Below, in pieces: positions 51,490-63,910 of a DNA stretch of 64,000 bases. Source of the stretch: Blasia pusilla (lineage: Eukaryota); contig CM114271.1 of NCBI GenBank assembly GCA_050084515.1, positions 31,062,001 to 31,126,000 on the forward strand, given 5' to 3'. The stretch's first letter is position 1. Each line of letters begins with the position of its first letter. Made by a program: the position numbers and the translations under genes. Under the pieces are notes generated by a model. It was given only the letters and a program-made list of their open reading frames with translations, ran no database searches and was not told the DNA's origin.

Positions 51490-54102
51490 CATCACGGCGT
51501 TCTTTCAGGGTTCGGAAGAACGGGGTAGTGAGAGTAGTAGTAGTGGTGTGACACGGAGCGGAGTGAGATACTGAGGGGTTACCAGTGAGGAGCTACCTCG
51601 ACATCCATCCGTGGCTGGATCGTCATCACTGGACACTGGGTCTGGTGACGAGATCACAGACAGAGACAATAGTACTTGGCAAGAGCTCGACGACATGGGC
51701 CACCGGGGCATGCGTCGTTTCTCGGATGCAGTGGGCACCATCCACTCAGATGATTTTATCTAGGAGTTCAAAAAATGGTGCGACTTCCAGGAGATACAGA
51801 CCCACCCCGACACGATTCAACCCTTTCATGGCATGGAAGGGGTTGTTCCAGCACTTGGAGGGTCCTCCGATGGATGACTATATAGAGTTTCGATCAATAT
51901 ATTCAGTAGAGATCGATGCCTGGAGGATGTATTGGGCTCCAGGGTATGTGTCCACTAGTGGTCGTGAGGCATATGATGGGATTGTGAGAGGAGAGAGACC
52001 CACACCATCAGCCCGGAGACTAGATGGAGAGGAGGGCAGTGAGACAGGCGATGTGGCAGAGACCTCTGGTGGTAGAGGGCCACCCAGCTTCAGCCCCACA
52101 GTGGAGTTCTTCCGAAAGTTGGGGAAGAGCTACCAGAGCATACGCACCGAGAAGCTGAAGAGTCTACAGGATTTTCAGTGACGATCGGGTGAGAGTCTGA
52201 GAGAGGCATTCACACGCATGAGGAGGCTGATCATTGCTACGTTTGGAGTGAATGAGGCGCAGTGAGTCCAGTATTGATACGCGGTTTTGGACCGAGAACT
52301 ACAGAGGAGAGTCCGAGATGCGGTGCTGATTCACACAGCGAAGCCCACATTGAAGGTGGTCTCTGAGCGTATTGAGCTCAACATGAGTGAGGAGTAGGTA
52401 GTGACCGCTGGATTTTCTCGAGAGTTGACAGGTCCACAAGCGACGGTGACCCCACAGGTGCCACAGCGAGCACTTGTACCACGGGAGCGGGCCAGTGTGC
52501 CTAGAGAGCAGGGCGGGTACCGTGAGCCTATGAGGCAACGACCCACACCTACATATGTTGCCCAGCAGGGACCGATGTGGTCTTGTTGGACGTGTGGAGG
52601 GGCCCACACATCCAACAAGACCATAGGCAGAGAGACTGCCCACAGCATGGGAGAGGACCACCAGCGCCTACGATTGCTCAGGGGCCATAGAGGATGGCCC
52701 CACCACAGTACCAATGTGACCATTGCCACAGATATGGTCACACTAGGGATAGATGTTTTGACCTTCGCCGGGGGCATGTCGAGGTAGGCCGAGGGCCTGG
52801 GGGGCGTCGTCTGGAGGAGGTCGGGGAGTTCTTCCTGGGGCGTGGTGGTAGAGGACCACCACCAGCCAGAGGAGATGGAGCACAAGCACGGAGCGGCACT
52901 TCTCTCACGCATCAATCGGTTGGAGCGGAGGATTGCTGCCATGCGATGATGCGGCTTAGGAATGCACGGAGCTCTGGCGACTAGTGTGACTCAACTTCTA
53001 CCTCTTACCCCGACCGGGTGAGGATCTCTTGATATGGGATTTATGTGTAGTGCAGCCCAGGTTGAGGTGCAATGGTGACTCGGGAGTCTTTGCGAGAGGC
53101 ACCGAGCCATGGAGAGGTGGAGTTGAGATTGACCCACCAGAGGGGACCGATGGGCGGCAGGCTAGGGTTCCACAGTCGTTCACATTATCGGAGGCACTAC
53201 ACACACCATCGATGGTGCCTCGACGACCAGCGGTGCCTACAATTCAGGCACCTACGTCGACGTCACGAGGAGTTGGAGTGACAACTCCTATGCCGGCTCG
53301 AGTGGAGTCAGTTTTGACCATATTGTTGGAGGTGGCCACCAGAGTGAGTCACACTCCACTATTTTCCGCCATAGAGTTGGCGACGTTGGGAGTTGGACCA
53401 GCTGAGGTTGGCCGCCACGTTGTGTGAGCGTGGAGAGATGACTGCTTCTTGTTCAGAGGTAGTTGAGGAGGTGGTGGACTTGCCCTCAGAGCCGGTGCTT
53501 GGGACGTTCCCCATAGAGTTATGGCATGCGGCGGCGGCGAAGTTGATAGATATGCTAGCTCGACCGACCATAGAGCGAGCAGTGGTGACACATGGAGTAG
53601 TGTTACTGGATAACCGAGCTGGAGTATTTCGCTTGGTTAGTCCGACGGGGACAGTATACCACCCGCAACGCGTCCTACTTGATTCGAGAGCGCAACCCTT
53701 GATGTTAGGGAAGGCGGCGTGTTAAGCGTTGGGGTTACGGAAGGCCGACATTGAGCCTTGTCCCATCCAGATACAGACCTCGATTGGGGGCGTATCACCC
53801 ACTCAGTATATGACTCGCAGAGATAGTTGTCGAGTCAGCGAGCATCGACGGATAGTGCTATGGTGCGCACACGTGCGATTACGACACCAGCTGAGTCATA
53901 CGATGTGTTGGTGGGGAGAATAGTGTTATATCCCCTAGGATTCATCCTTGACTTCTGGGAGGGGACCGTTGCTTATCGGCCAGGATGGCGGTCACGTGAC
54001 GGTCGGATGAGTCAGTTACTGGTGCAGTTTGCGAGACGAGGTGGTCGATCACGAGGCGAGTCTGTGACCACGTTGGCAGCTTTCACAGGTAGTGTTAGCT
54101 AG
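51490..54102 (+). pseudogene. Gag (two zinc knuckles) and protease of copy 2
   Basis: EKLKSLQDFQ, CWTCGGAH, CDHCHRYGHTRDRC and VLLDSRAQPLM. Confidence 0.82.
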
Positions 54103-54393
54103 CCAGGAGAGTTGTTGGAGGGGAACGCACATGCGGAGGATGTCCCAATAGCGGATAGTCCCACGGAGAGACAGGCCATGGCGGGTGTCTCTTCCCATGT
54201 TGGCGAGGCCTCTTCACCATTGTGGGGTACGACTTGGGAGCTACAGAGGAGTGCCGACGACCTCGTGAGGCAGGCGTGGAGTCATGTTTTTATCCTAGAG
54301 CAGCGAGAGTCACGTGGCGATCGAGCTCTTGGAGTGGAGACGTTGACCCCACTAGATACCACACCTCTTGTGTGGCACTGCCCAGAGGAGGGT

Positions 54394-55350
54394 GTTAGGG
54401 TGTTAGATCTCTTTGGAGGGATTAGCACCGGATTGGCTGCACTATTGCAAGCGGGCATACGGGTGCATCAGTACCTTTATGTGGAGAGAGATGAGACTGC
54501 GCGGCGAGTATCATTACGTCACGTGGCGAGATTGGTCCAGAGGTATCCTGAGTTGTTGTCGGTATCTCTGATGCAAGGGGATACCAAAGATACGCTACCC
54601 GCCGACATCTCTTTGGTGGGGGCGCAAGATCTGGATAGAGTTGGCACCATTCATTTGGTGATTGCTGGATGGCCATGTCAGGGTCATTCATCAACTGGCC
54701 GAGGATTTGGATTGCAGGATCTGAGGTCAAGGATGTTTTGGGAGATGTTGCGAGTATTACGACATTTGCAGGAGAGTCAGATATGTTCTCCAGCATACAT
54801 TTTGGAGAACGTGCCGTTGTTGGGAGACACTCGTGCACGTGTGATGACGAGTGTACATCAGGTGAGGTCTTGGTTGGGACCTGATGTGTTGTTAGATGCA
54901 GGGAGAGTTGGGTCACGTGCCCATCGTCCACGACTGTGGTGGACGAACCTCATACCATCAGAGGTATTGAGTCGAGCATACGGTGGAGTCCAGAGAGCAC
55001 CACATCTCACAATGGATGCTATTTTGGTCTCAGGGCGTCGATCTCAGGTGGTGACAGGTGGTGACACGGGATGATAGACCACCGTTGGCCATGGCCAATA
55101 GGGTGGGGGAGTTGAGGGCAGCCTTACCTACGTTGGTGAGCTTCCCATCATCCCATGCCTTTCGTCAGGGAGGGCCAGGCATGATTTGGGATGAGGTGAC
55201 CGGAGCATTGGAGGAACCTACAACAGATGAATGCGAGCGCGCCATGGGGTTCACTACCGGTACTCTGGCGGTGCCAGGGATGACTGAGGCATCACGGAGA
55301 GAGGTGTTGGGGTAGGCGATGGACCTCAACTGTCTCACATGGATAGTCAG
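54394..55350 (+). pseudogene. DNMT3-like C5 cytosine methyltransferase domain (copy 2)
   Basis: VLDLFGGISTG, YVERD, ADI, AGWPCQGHS, ILENVP, RAHRPRLWWTNL, ECERAMGF and VLG*AMDL. Confidence 0.93.
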
Positions 55351-55759
55351 CCTAGGTATGGCTGAGCAGAGACGGATGCGAGTGTCATCCATGCCGTCAC
55401 GTCCACGAGTTGGACCATTGCCTACAGGGTTTGTACAGGCATTGGATGGGGGCGAGACGAGGAGAGATAGGCACCCATGGACTTCCTGGGACGTCGTTCG
55501 AGCAGAGAGTGCGAAGGCGGCTAGAGTAGCACATGTTCATTTTTCGGATGTGGAGCATGGTGTAGGAGGTCAGAGTGGAGTGGCTGTTGCGGAGATGGCT
55601 AGGGTTGCTACATAGCAACCAAAGCCGGAGGTTGCGTCCTCTTCGAGTGAGGTCACGATGGAGACTTGGGAGCCTGTGATAGGTCTCAAGTTGATAGGAG
55701 GAGAGTGATGGCGAGTTCATAGGTTTCTGAGAGGGCATGTCAGTTGTTTTTCCTTCAGT

Positions 55760-58124
55760 ATGAGAGACTTGGGTACGCTGAAGGGTCCCGGGATACGGAT
55801 TGAGTTGGCTAGTGATACGCCGATCTTTCGTCGACCCTACAGGTATTCTGATATGGAACAAGCCTTGATTCAGAGCAGGAGTCAGGACTTGTGGAGTTAT
55901 CACATGAGGAGTATGCATCTGCCACAGTCATGCAGGCGAAGAAGGATATGTATGGCAATTGGACGGATAGGCGGATGGGTGGAGATTACCGTCCTATCAA
56001 CCGACAAACGAGGTCAGATCGGTACACCATGCCTACTCCTGAGGAGATCTTTGATGCGGTAGGGCAGGCAAAGATCTTCAGTACTTTAGATCTCCATGCT
56101 GGCTATCATCAACTTCCTATCAGGTTGGAGGACAGGGAGAAGACAACATTCTAGGGGATAGATCGGTTCGGGAGAGATTGCTTGTATCAGTGGCGGTTCT
56201 TACCATTTGGGTTGAAGAACGCACCTGTAGAGTTTCAGAGAGTGATGGATAGGATTATGGCTGGCTTGGATTTTGTACGATGTTACATAGATGATATTCT
56301 TATCTTCAGGTCCACGATTGAGGAGCATGAGCGACACTTGGAGGAGGTGTTTCGGCGATTGCAGTTACATGGACTGAAGTTACATCCATGCAAGTGCAGA
56401 TTCTTTCAGGAGCAGATTGAGTACTTGGCACACACCATATACCCGAGTGGGTTAGGCGTTCAGCAGACGAAGGTAGAGGCTATTGCGCAGATTCCACGCC
56501 CTACAGATGTGAGTCGAGTCCGAGCATTTCTTGGAATGGCAAACTTCTATCGACGGTATGTCAAGGGTTTTAGTGCGATCGCAAAGTCTTTGACCTTGTT
56601 GACGAGACTTGATCAGGTGTGGTTGTGGGGAGATGATTAGGAGCGAGCATTTCAGGAGCTCAAGGACAGGTTGACGTCTTCACCCATTTTATAGAGACCG
56701 GTTAGGGGTCGCCCATTCCGATTACATACGGATTGGAGCATGTTGGGTCTAGGAGCAGTGCTTACTCACAGGGATGACGAGGAGAGGGAGTTCATTGTGG
56801 CTTATGCGAGCCGATCAAACAACATTGCAGAGGCGAAGTACAGCTCCTACAAGGGAGAGTGCTTGGTTGCAGTGTGGGCCGTGGCACATTTTAGGTGCTA
56901 TTTATTCGGCAATCCTTTCACACTTATCACTGATCATCAGCCGTTGAGGTGGTTGATGGAGTCCGACAAGCTTAGGGGAAAGCTTGCCAGGTGGGCTCTA
57001 TTACTACAAGAGTATGAGTTTGAGGTGGTTCATAGGCAAGGTCGGCTGAACCAGGATGCGGATGGATTGAGTTGTAACCCATGTCCGAGTCAGAGAGACG
57101 ACACAGGAGCTCGATGGCACGGAGAGAGTGATGAGGAGATGGTGCCGGGTTGGCATGCATCTACCTATCTTTGTTGGTTGACTATAGCATGTCAACCACA
57201 GGTGATGACTCCTGTGGTGGGGTTGGATGATGAGTCTTTGGATCCGGAGGTTAGTGAGGAGGCGACAGGTGGTCGTGATATCCATGACGACGTGGAGGTT
57301 GTGGAGTTCTTGCCCACTGGCGTCATTGCGAGTATAGTGAGTGCTAGGGAGCGGAATCGGATCCTACAGAGAGCCAAGAGGTTCAGGTGGGAGGGGACTC
57401 ACATTTTGCGGGTATGGGGAGATGGTAGGATACGAGTGGTACCTCATCCTTCCCAGCGAGCACGTGTAGTGCGACATGCCCATGAGGAGTTGGGACATTT
57501 CGGAGTAAAGCGTTTTACTTACTCCAGGTTGATATTGGTGGCGCGGCATGCATAGTGGGGTACAATGTTTGTGGCGGATGTATGGTATGTGACAGAGTGC
57601 GAGCATTCTTCAATGCTCCCACTCCGCAGTTACATCCTTTGCCGATTATGGGTTTAGGTTATCGGTAGAGTTTAGACTTTGCGGGACCTTTGCCATTAAC
57701 AGGGCGTCATCATAGGTACGTGTTGGTCATGGTGGAGCATTTCTCCAAGTGGATATAGTTGGTGGCACTACCAGACAAGGAGAGCGAGGGAACAGCTTAT
57801 GCGTTTCTAGATCGTGTGCTTAGCCACTTTGGTGCATCGACGAAGGTGTTGATTGACCAGGGTACCGAGTTCAGGGGAGAGTTTCACGCCTTGTGTGATC
57901 AGGCGCTGATAGATCACCGCACCACGTCCAGAGATCATCTTGAGGCGGATGGGTTGGCGGAGAGAGTGGTACAGACGGTGAAGAGAGGATTGCGCAAGTA
58001 TGGCTTGTTGCGGGGACAGTTGAGGGAGTGGGACCTACAGTTGCCATGGTTGGCTATGGGTTATCGCTTTAGTCGGCAGGCATCCTTGGCATCATTTTCA
58101 CCGTACTTTTTGCTCTTTGGGAGA
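55760..58124 (+). pseudogene. RT, RNase H and integrase of copy 2
   Basis: DYRPIN, LDLHAGYHQ, LPFGLKNAP, YIDDILI, TDHQPL, HEELGHFG, DQGTEF and DGLAERVVQTVK. Confidence 0.93.
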
Positions 58125-58126
58125 GT

Positions 58127-58262
58127 TGTGTGATCTCCATGTATATGGATGAGTTGATTTTTGTACATGTGTGGATCGACCCGTGTGTGGGGAAGATCGG
58201 TGTTGTGTGGTGTAGATGTGACGAGCGATGTATGTTGTGTAGCGATATGTATGCGCACAACA
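58127..58262 (+). repeat. 3' terminal 'B' repeat of copy 2 (136 bp)
   Basis: Highly similar to the reverse complements of 47862-47997 and 47243-47378. Confidence 0.9.
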
Positions 58263-58747
58263 ATATTCATCTTTGTCATGATCATCAAGGTTTTTTGGTT
58301 GGTGAGGACCACTTTCCTCATGTGAGGAAAGTTGTGTTGATGGTATGGGAGGCTATTTCCTTCTCTAGATCTCAACCATCTGTGTAGCTTCGCTTTGAAT
58401 ACTGTGATTTTCCAGTGGGTTTATTTATGCCACATAGGATTTGTGGAGGACTAGCCAACCCTAAAGAACGTTTGAGAGGCATATTTTGCCTATGTTGCGG
58501 AGGTGTGTGTTGTGGACCTGTATGGTGGCGACAGGGCTGGCATTAGGATTTGCTCGAGAGATGACTCTAGGAGGCCTAATTTTGCATGCATGTAGACAAT
58601 GAGTTTGAGTGGATTTTGATTTCAATTGCTCAACAATTTTAGGATGATGGGAGACTTGTGGATGTGTAAGTTTTTCTGTCTCCCTGTATGGTTTATGCAT
58701 ATTGTATGGATGATGGCTGACATTTTCTTTTCCCATTTCCATGTGTT

Positions 58748-61700
58748 GTGACAGATTTAATGATAAAAACTACCATCAATATGTCCCATAAGATTAAGCT
58801 AGTGTTACTTCCAATAATAGGGGTTGACAGAACTCAGCCCCTAATGATTTATGCCTTCAAGGATGGAGACACATCAGAGACTATGAGGGATAAAGTAACA
58901 AAGTCTAAAAAGTGGAGAGATGTGAATTTCAACTTTTGGGACAAAAGAATACCTGGGGTTTTGGATAAGGATATGGAGGACTGTTACATATTAGAAGACA
59001 TGGGGGATGAAGTACATGTCATTGACGATTAAACTAACAGGGTTCTGGTCAATGGTGACATTGAGGACTCTAGGCGTAAGAAGAGGACATACAATACATG
59101 GGACTCTAATTTAATGATGGAGGAGTCCATTCATGTAGAGGACTCTATGGCTGCCAGTTCTAGAGGATCTAACACTGCTCCTTCAAGCTCTAGTGGGCCT
59201 AGTGGGCTAGGGGGGGAGGGGGACCTAGTGCAATCCATGTTGATATAGGACAACTAACTAATGAACAAGTGGTAGATGTTGTTGAAGTTAAAGGAACTTG
59301 GACTTCAACACTGATGAAACCCTTTTATACATTCTATTGGAAGAGCAAAACAAGAGGGCTCGATAGTTTAATGAAGGATTTGAAATTAGACCATCATAGG
59401 TGGTCTGTTCGTACCTTTGACAAGCATGGGGAACCTCAAGGCAGATTTATTTGTGAGGAATGTGTTGAGGAGTATGGTACTGCTGATGGGTCAGAGGATA
59501 AGAAGTGTATAGAGAATACCTTCAATAATTGGAGAAAGCATATACTGACAGTTCAACATGAGAGACGGTGGGCTGAGAGGAATAATTGTCTAGTCACAAA
59601 AAAACCAAGTTTCAAATGAGGGGCCTCAGCCTCTTGAGCCTAGATTAGTAGTGGAGGATGGACTTCTTATCATGCAGGAAGTAAACCAGAACTGTGGTCT
59701 CCTTAAATCTCCATATATGCATTGGAGTGGAGACCTTAATGTAGAGCTTGTTGTAGCTTTTAAGTTCAAAGCTCAATGTGTATAGTGTAAAGAGACCATT
59801 CACTTGGCCCCTGCTCATAGAAACCTGAAGACAAACTTGGAGCAACACTTGACTAGTAAGTATCACTTGCGAGGTGTAGAAATAAGCCAGGCTAATGCGA
59901 GGGCACCTTTGAGGACTGGGTCGGTAGGATGACCTCTAAAAACAGTTGACAGGGATACTAGACCCAACAATGCCCTTGACAAGTGGTTGATCAAGACTTC
60001 AAGACAAGGTGGATCTCAACGTGAAGGGGATGGCTCAGGTGGGCCTTCTCACAATGAAAACCTAGATGATTTGACATTATCTCAATTATGTTGGGGGTAT
60101 TGGAGAGATACAGTAGAGTACAAAGGCATTCATAAAGAGGTGAAGGCATTGTTACATGACCAGAAGGGTGGAAAGACCTGGGAAGCAGATGGTAGGGTTA
60201 GAAAGAGGGTTTTTAACCCTACTTCTTTGTCTTGGGTTGACATTAGAGGATTATTCCGATCTATTCATTGTCTATATGTTTCAAGACTAGGAGGTGGTTT
60301 CAAGCACTTGACTTGTGATGAGTGCTTCAACCTGACAAAGGAGGGGGATTTCAGGATGAGAGTTGCTAGGGAAGACAAGACTGGTACTCAACGAGGGACA
60401 AGGTCAAGGCTGATGCGCATAAGGCTGGACTATCTTACAAAGTCTGAACTTCGAATGCAAGCTCGAACTTATGCTGAAGAGAGGAGGTCATTACATTTAC
60501 TGAATTTCAGTTTGAGAATGAGGGTATGTGCACTTGGAACAAAGAAACACAAACTAGATGTCCTACTAGACCAAGCAGCTGGTAGGAAGGATTTGTTCGG
60601 ATTCCTTCGGAATATCATAGAAGCCCATAAGAGTCAAGCATTTGGAGGACGTGAAGCTTTATGGGATTTTCTACAAGATATGGGAAAAAACCTAAATAGG
60701 AAGGAGAGAGGATGTAGGTATTCTCAAAGAACTAAAGCTATACCTTAGGCTTTACTAAAGTTTGGTGGAAGACCTGTAGCCCATTGTTTTGCATTGAACC
60801 TCATGGGTCCAAGCTTGAAGACACCGAAAAGAGCAAGAACTAAATTTTCCACCTTCAGATACGGCATTCAACCTGAGATTTTTGCTGAAGTGGGAAGGAT
60901 ATTGAATGCAAAAAAATATGATCGAATATTATTGGGGATATCCCCGTGATATTTGCTGAAAATGAAACCAGAGTTAAAAGTCGAGTGAGGTAAATTTGAA
61001 TTAAGTGCTATTGAATTTCTTTGTATATTTCTTGTTTTAGCATGCATGGGACATTTTCACGATGCTTAACTTACAGAATTGATTTGGCTACTCCTTGATT
61101 GTGGCAGGTGGGACTCCAAGTGGGACACTCTGGTGGGGTTTTGTGGCCCAATTGAAGATCACATATGTTCAATGGGATTAGAAGTCTTAGTCGGGGAGGG
61201 TGACGAGGGTTATGAGAAGATTATGTCAACTTTTGAGAGTCAGCGGATTGGTATATATGGTAGTGTTATTATCGTGAATCCTTTGCATGAAAATTTGCCT
61301 AAACTAGTTATTTGTGCTACTTGCACATGTAATAGCTTTACCTCACACTGGGTAAGAAAGCAATGGGAAGAGATGAAAAAAATGTGGGATATACATAGTA
61401 GGGCAAAAGTAGGCCCTGTATTAGGTCATGCCTCCGACGATGATGCACGGAGACGAAAGCTTATGCTAGAGGATTATATGGGCAGAGGTTCATATGGAGG
61501 GCTATGCCGTATACAGTTGGATTGGGAAGCATGGGGGTTCACTGTCCATGAATTCCCTAATGGGGATCGTGGGGGGGGTTAGGTGATCAAGATCCTCCCC
61601 ATTGTGGGAAGAAATTGTTGAATCCGCTGGATCGAGCAAACCACCCGATAAAGTTAGGTCCTTACATTGCTTCGTTGGAACATGTACAGAAGGTTTTTCA

Positions 61701-62303
61701 TCTCTATCCCCACAAGAAACACAAGCTCAATTATGATGATACAACTAGGAGGGATAGAAAAAATTGGGGTTCTGGCCAAAGGGTTGCTAGCAGGGACGTG
61801 CAAGCTTGTTTGTATGACTTGCAAACAAGAAGGGATGAAGCACAAGAGAGGACCTTGGGAACTATTGTGTATCTCCCCATATGTGGAGATTACATAGATG
61901 TTTTTTATTCCCACAATTTTGTGAAGCATGATTTGTGGACAAGGATCATGCTTTGCTCTAAAATCACTTCATTCCTACGGTTATGGAGGTTGTGGTTGAA
62001 ATTACGCACTGATATATATAGTGAGAAGAATATGATTAGTATACAACCATTCCATGATGGGCATTGTCATGTCATTTTGCTATTCAACTAATTTGTCTTT
62101 TTCAAGATAAATATCCATTGGTCCCTGTCCCTCTTCATCTAACAGGGTCTGATTGTTTTGAGATATTCTTTTCCAAAGTTGGAGGGATGGCAGGTCATGT
62201 TGCAAGTGCTAACATGTCCCTCTTCATCTAACAGGGTCTGATTGTTGTGAGATATTCTTTTCCAAAGTTGGAGGGATGGCGGGTCATGTTGCAAGTGCCA
62301 ATC
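58748..62303 (+). pseudogene. P-element/THAP9-like DDE transposase relic with N-terminal zinc fingers and one intron
   Basis: AENETRV (first D region), GHASDDD, DQDPPHCGKKLLN (DxxH..K..N), RDRKN and GSDCFEIFFS. Zinc-finger-like CEEC...KHILTVQH. A GT-AG intron at 60990-61107 splices in-frame to SRVRWD. Confidence 0.6.
62126..62303 (+). repeat. Tandem duplication, 89-bp period
   Basis: TGTCCCTCTTCATCTAACAGGGTCTGATTG...GTTGCAAGTGC at 62126 and 62215. Confidence 0.9.
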
Positions 62304-63553
62304 ATGACTTGTCCAAGTTGATGCACTTTGGTCTCGGAATTGGAGGTCACTTTTGTTGTGGTTTTTTGTGTGGTCACAATCGTTTATGATGGTCCCAAAT
62401 TATTTCCAACCCTATCTTGTCTTCATTCGGAAGGCAATCGGCCTTCAAAATGCGGAGTGTATGTGGCCATGTTAGAGGCACTATGCACCTTGCTTTAGAT
62501 TGTACGGGTCATCCTTATCACATCGCAATATCTTAAACCAACCAAAATTTGATCTTGGCTGGAAACGCCACATCATTGTACCGACTTACTTACGAAGGCC
62601 ATGCCTTCCCTCTGTCGAGATAGACACTGACCTTCAAAAACAACCTGTCAACTTTGCAGCTTTCACGTCTTGAGAGAATTGCGAAGAGTCATGTATATCT
62701 AATCATACGTTTCCAAAGACAAAGACAACGACCTTTGTGAAAGGCCGTCGAAAAGATTTGAGTCCCTTTTCATGTCCGTGCGAGACAAATCCGGACGATT
62801 AACAATTCCATGAGAAAGTCTTTAAGGGTGACAACAATAGATTTGACAAACACCAAGGACGAGGATTTACCCACCATACGAAACAAGAAAAGGGCTTAAA
62901 AAGTGGCTATGAACGGCTTTGGAGAATACACGAGATCACGCTCACTGAAGGAGTGGAACGCACTCGAGAATTTCTTCAACACGTTACGAAAACCGCATTG
63001 AAATATTTTTCTCGTGAGACTTCTTGGAAAAGCCTTGGTCACAAATAAGGGGAACAACGTTGTATAGAGAAAATCGACGTCACTGGAATCACCAAGCTAT
63101 ACAGCAGACTTGCCACAAACGGGTGTACTAGAAACTATGAATAAGAACATCCCGGTAAACATCCCGGTAAAATGGAATAGAAACTATGAATAAGAACTAT
63201 AGCCTATGTAGCTCTTTGTAAGAATGCTTTCTCAGCGCATCAATCGATCCTTCTATCTACCTACGTCAGTCTTACAACCCATGACTTGCACGTGGACTGA
63301 TCAATCCATGTCGTAAGATTCGCTAATAAGTCTCTCCACGCTATGAAGGTGCGACGAATCCATCAGCTAAGTGTACAGAAATTTACAGGAGAAAATTGTG
63401 GGAGCCCTGTTGTACTGTATAGAATTCGATAACCTGATGATACAGAGAGGTGGCTAGTAGATCTGACAGACAACCCAGTTGATAGACTGAAGCTGGATGG
63501 CCAATGAATGATGAACTAGGCTTACAAAACTTTCGATGTGGAGAAAGGAGGGT

Positions 63554-63910
63554 CTAAAGCTGAGGTTCACGAACCCATTGTTGGTGGTCACTGGTATTGA
63601 AGCCATATACTTGCGGCTTTCCATTTATATATCCTTCTTCGCCTCCAAGTTTGTCGGCTGGCCCCTGACTTCTCTTCATATACCAGGCGATCCAGGTGAA
63701 GATTTCAAGAATCAGAGCCACAACTGCAATGGTGCACAGAATTACAATGTAAGCAGTCTTCCAACCTTTGGCCGGTTGAAGAATGTCGATTCCCTCGAAG
63801 ACGTTGACTATGCTAATAATGATGAGCGCAAATCCGCACGAGTGGTGGTACACGTTCCAGTACTTTCGCAACTTGTGCTCCTTATTTGGTCTCAACGCTA
63901 GCGCCGTGAT
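63554..63910 (-). CDS. Final exon of a cytochrome b561 (CYBDOM/ferric-reductase type) gene
   Basis: LRPNKEHKLRKYWNVYHHSCG...IVNVFEGIDIL..WKTAY. Splice acceptor TTTTCAG at 63911-63917. Upstream exons lie outside the window. Confidence 0.88.
   Translation of the reverse strand: MTALALRPNKEHKLRKYWNVYHHSCGFALIIISIVNVFEGIDILQPAKGWKTAYIVILCTIAVVALILEIFTWIAWYMKRSQGPADKLGGEEGYINGKPQVYGFNTSDHQQWVREPQL

Larger units (their letters stand above)
49858..58262 (+). mobile_element. Ty3/Gypsy-like retroelement copy 2 (A1-gag-PR-DNMT-RT-RH-IN[3' deleted]-B), 4-bp TSD ATAT, no LTRs
   Basis: ATAT|TGTCACATCT...CGCACAACA|ATAT. Same domain series as copy 1. Confidence 0.92.

Noticed and set aside
58214-58222. 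AGATGTGAC in B complementary to the start of A (possible DIRS-like internal complementary region)
   Set aside because: Only 9 bp, and no equivalent was found in copy 1.
63128-63200. Short duplications (AGAAACTATGAATAAGAAC x2, ACATCCCGGTAA x2)
   Set aside because: Local repair or slippage duplication; too few units for a CRISPR-like array.
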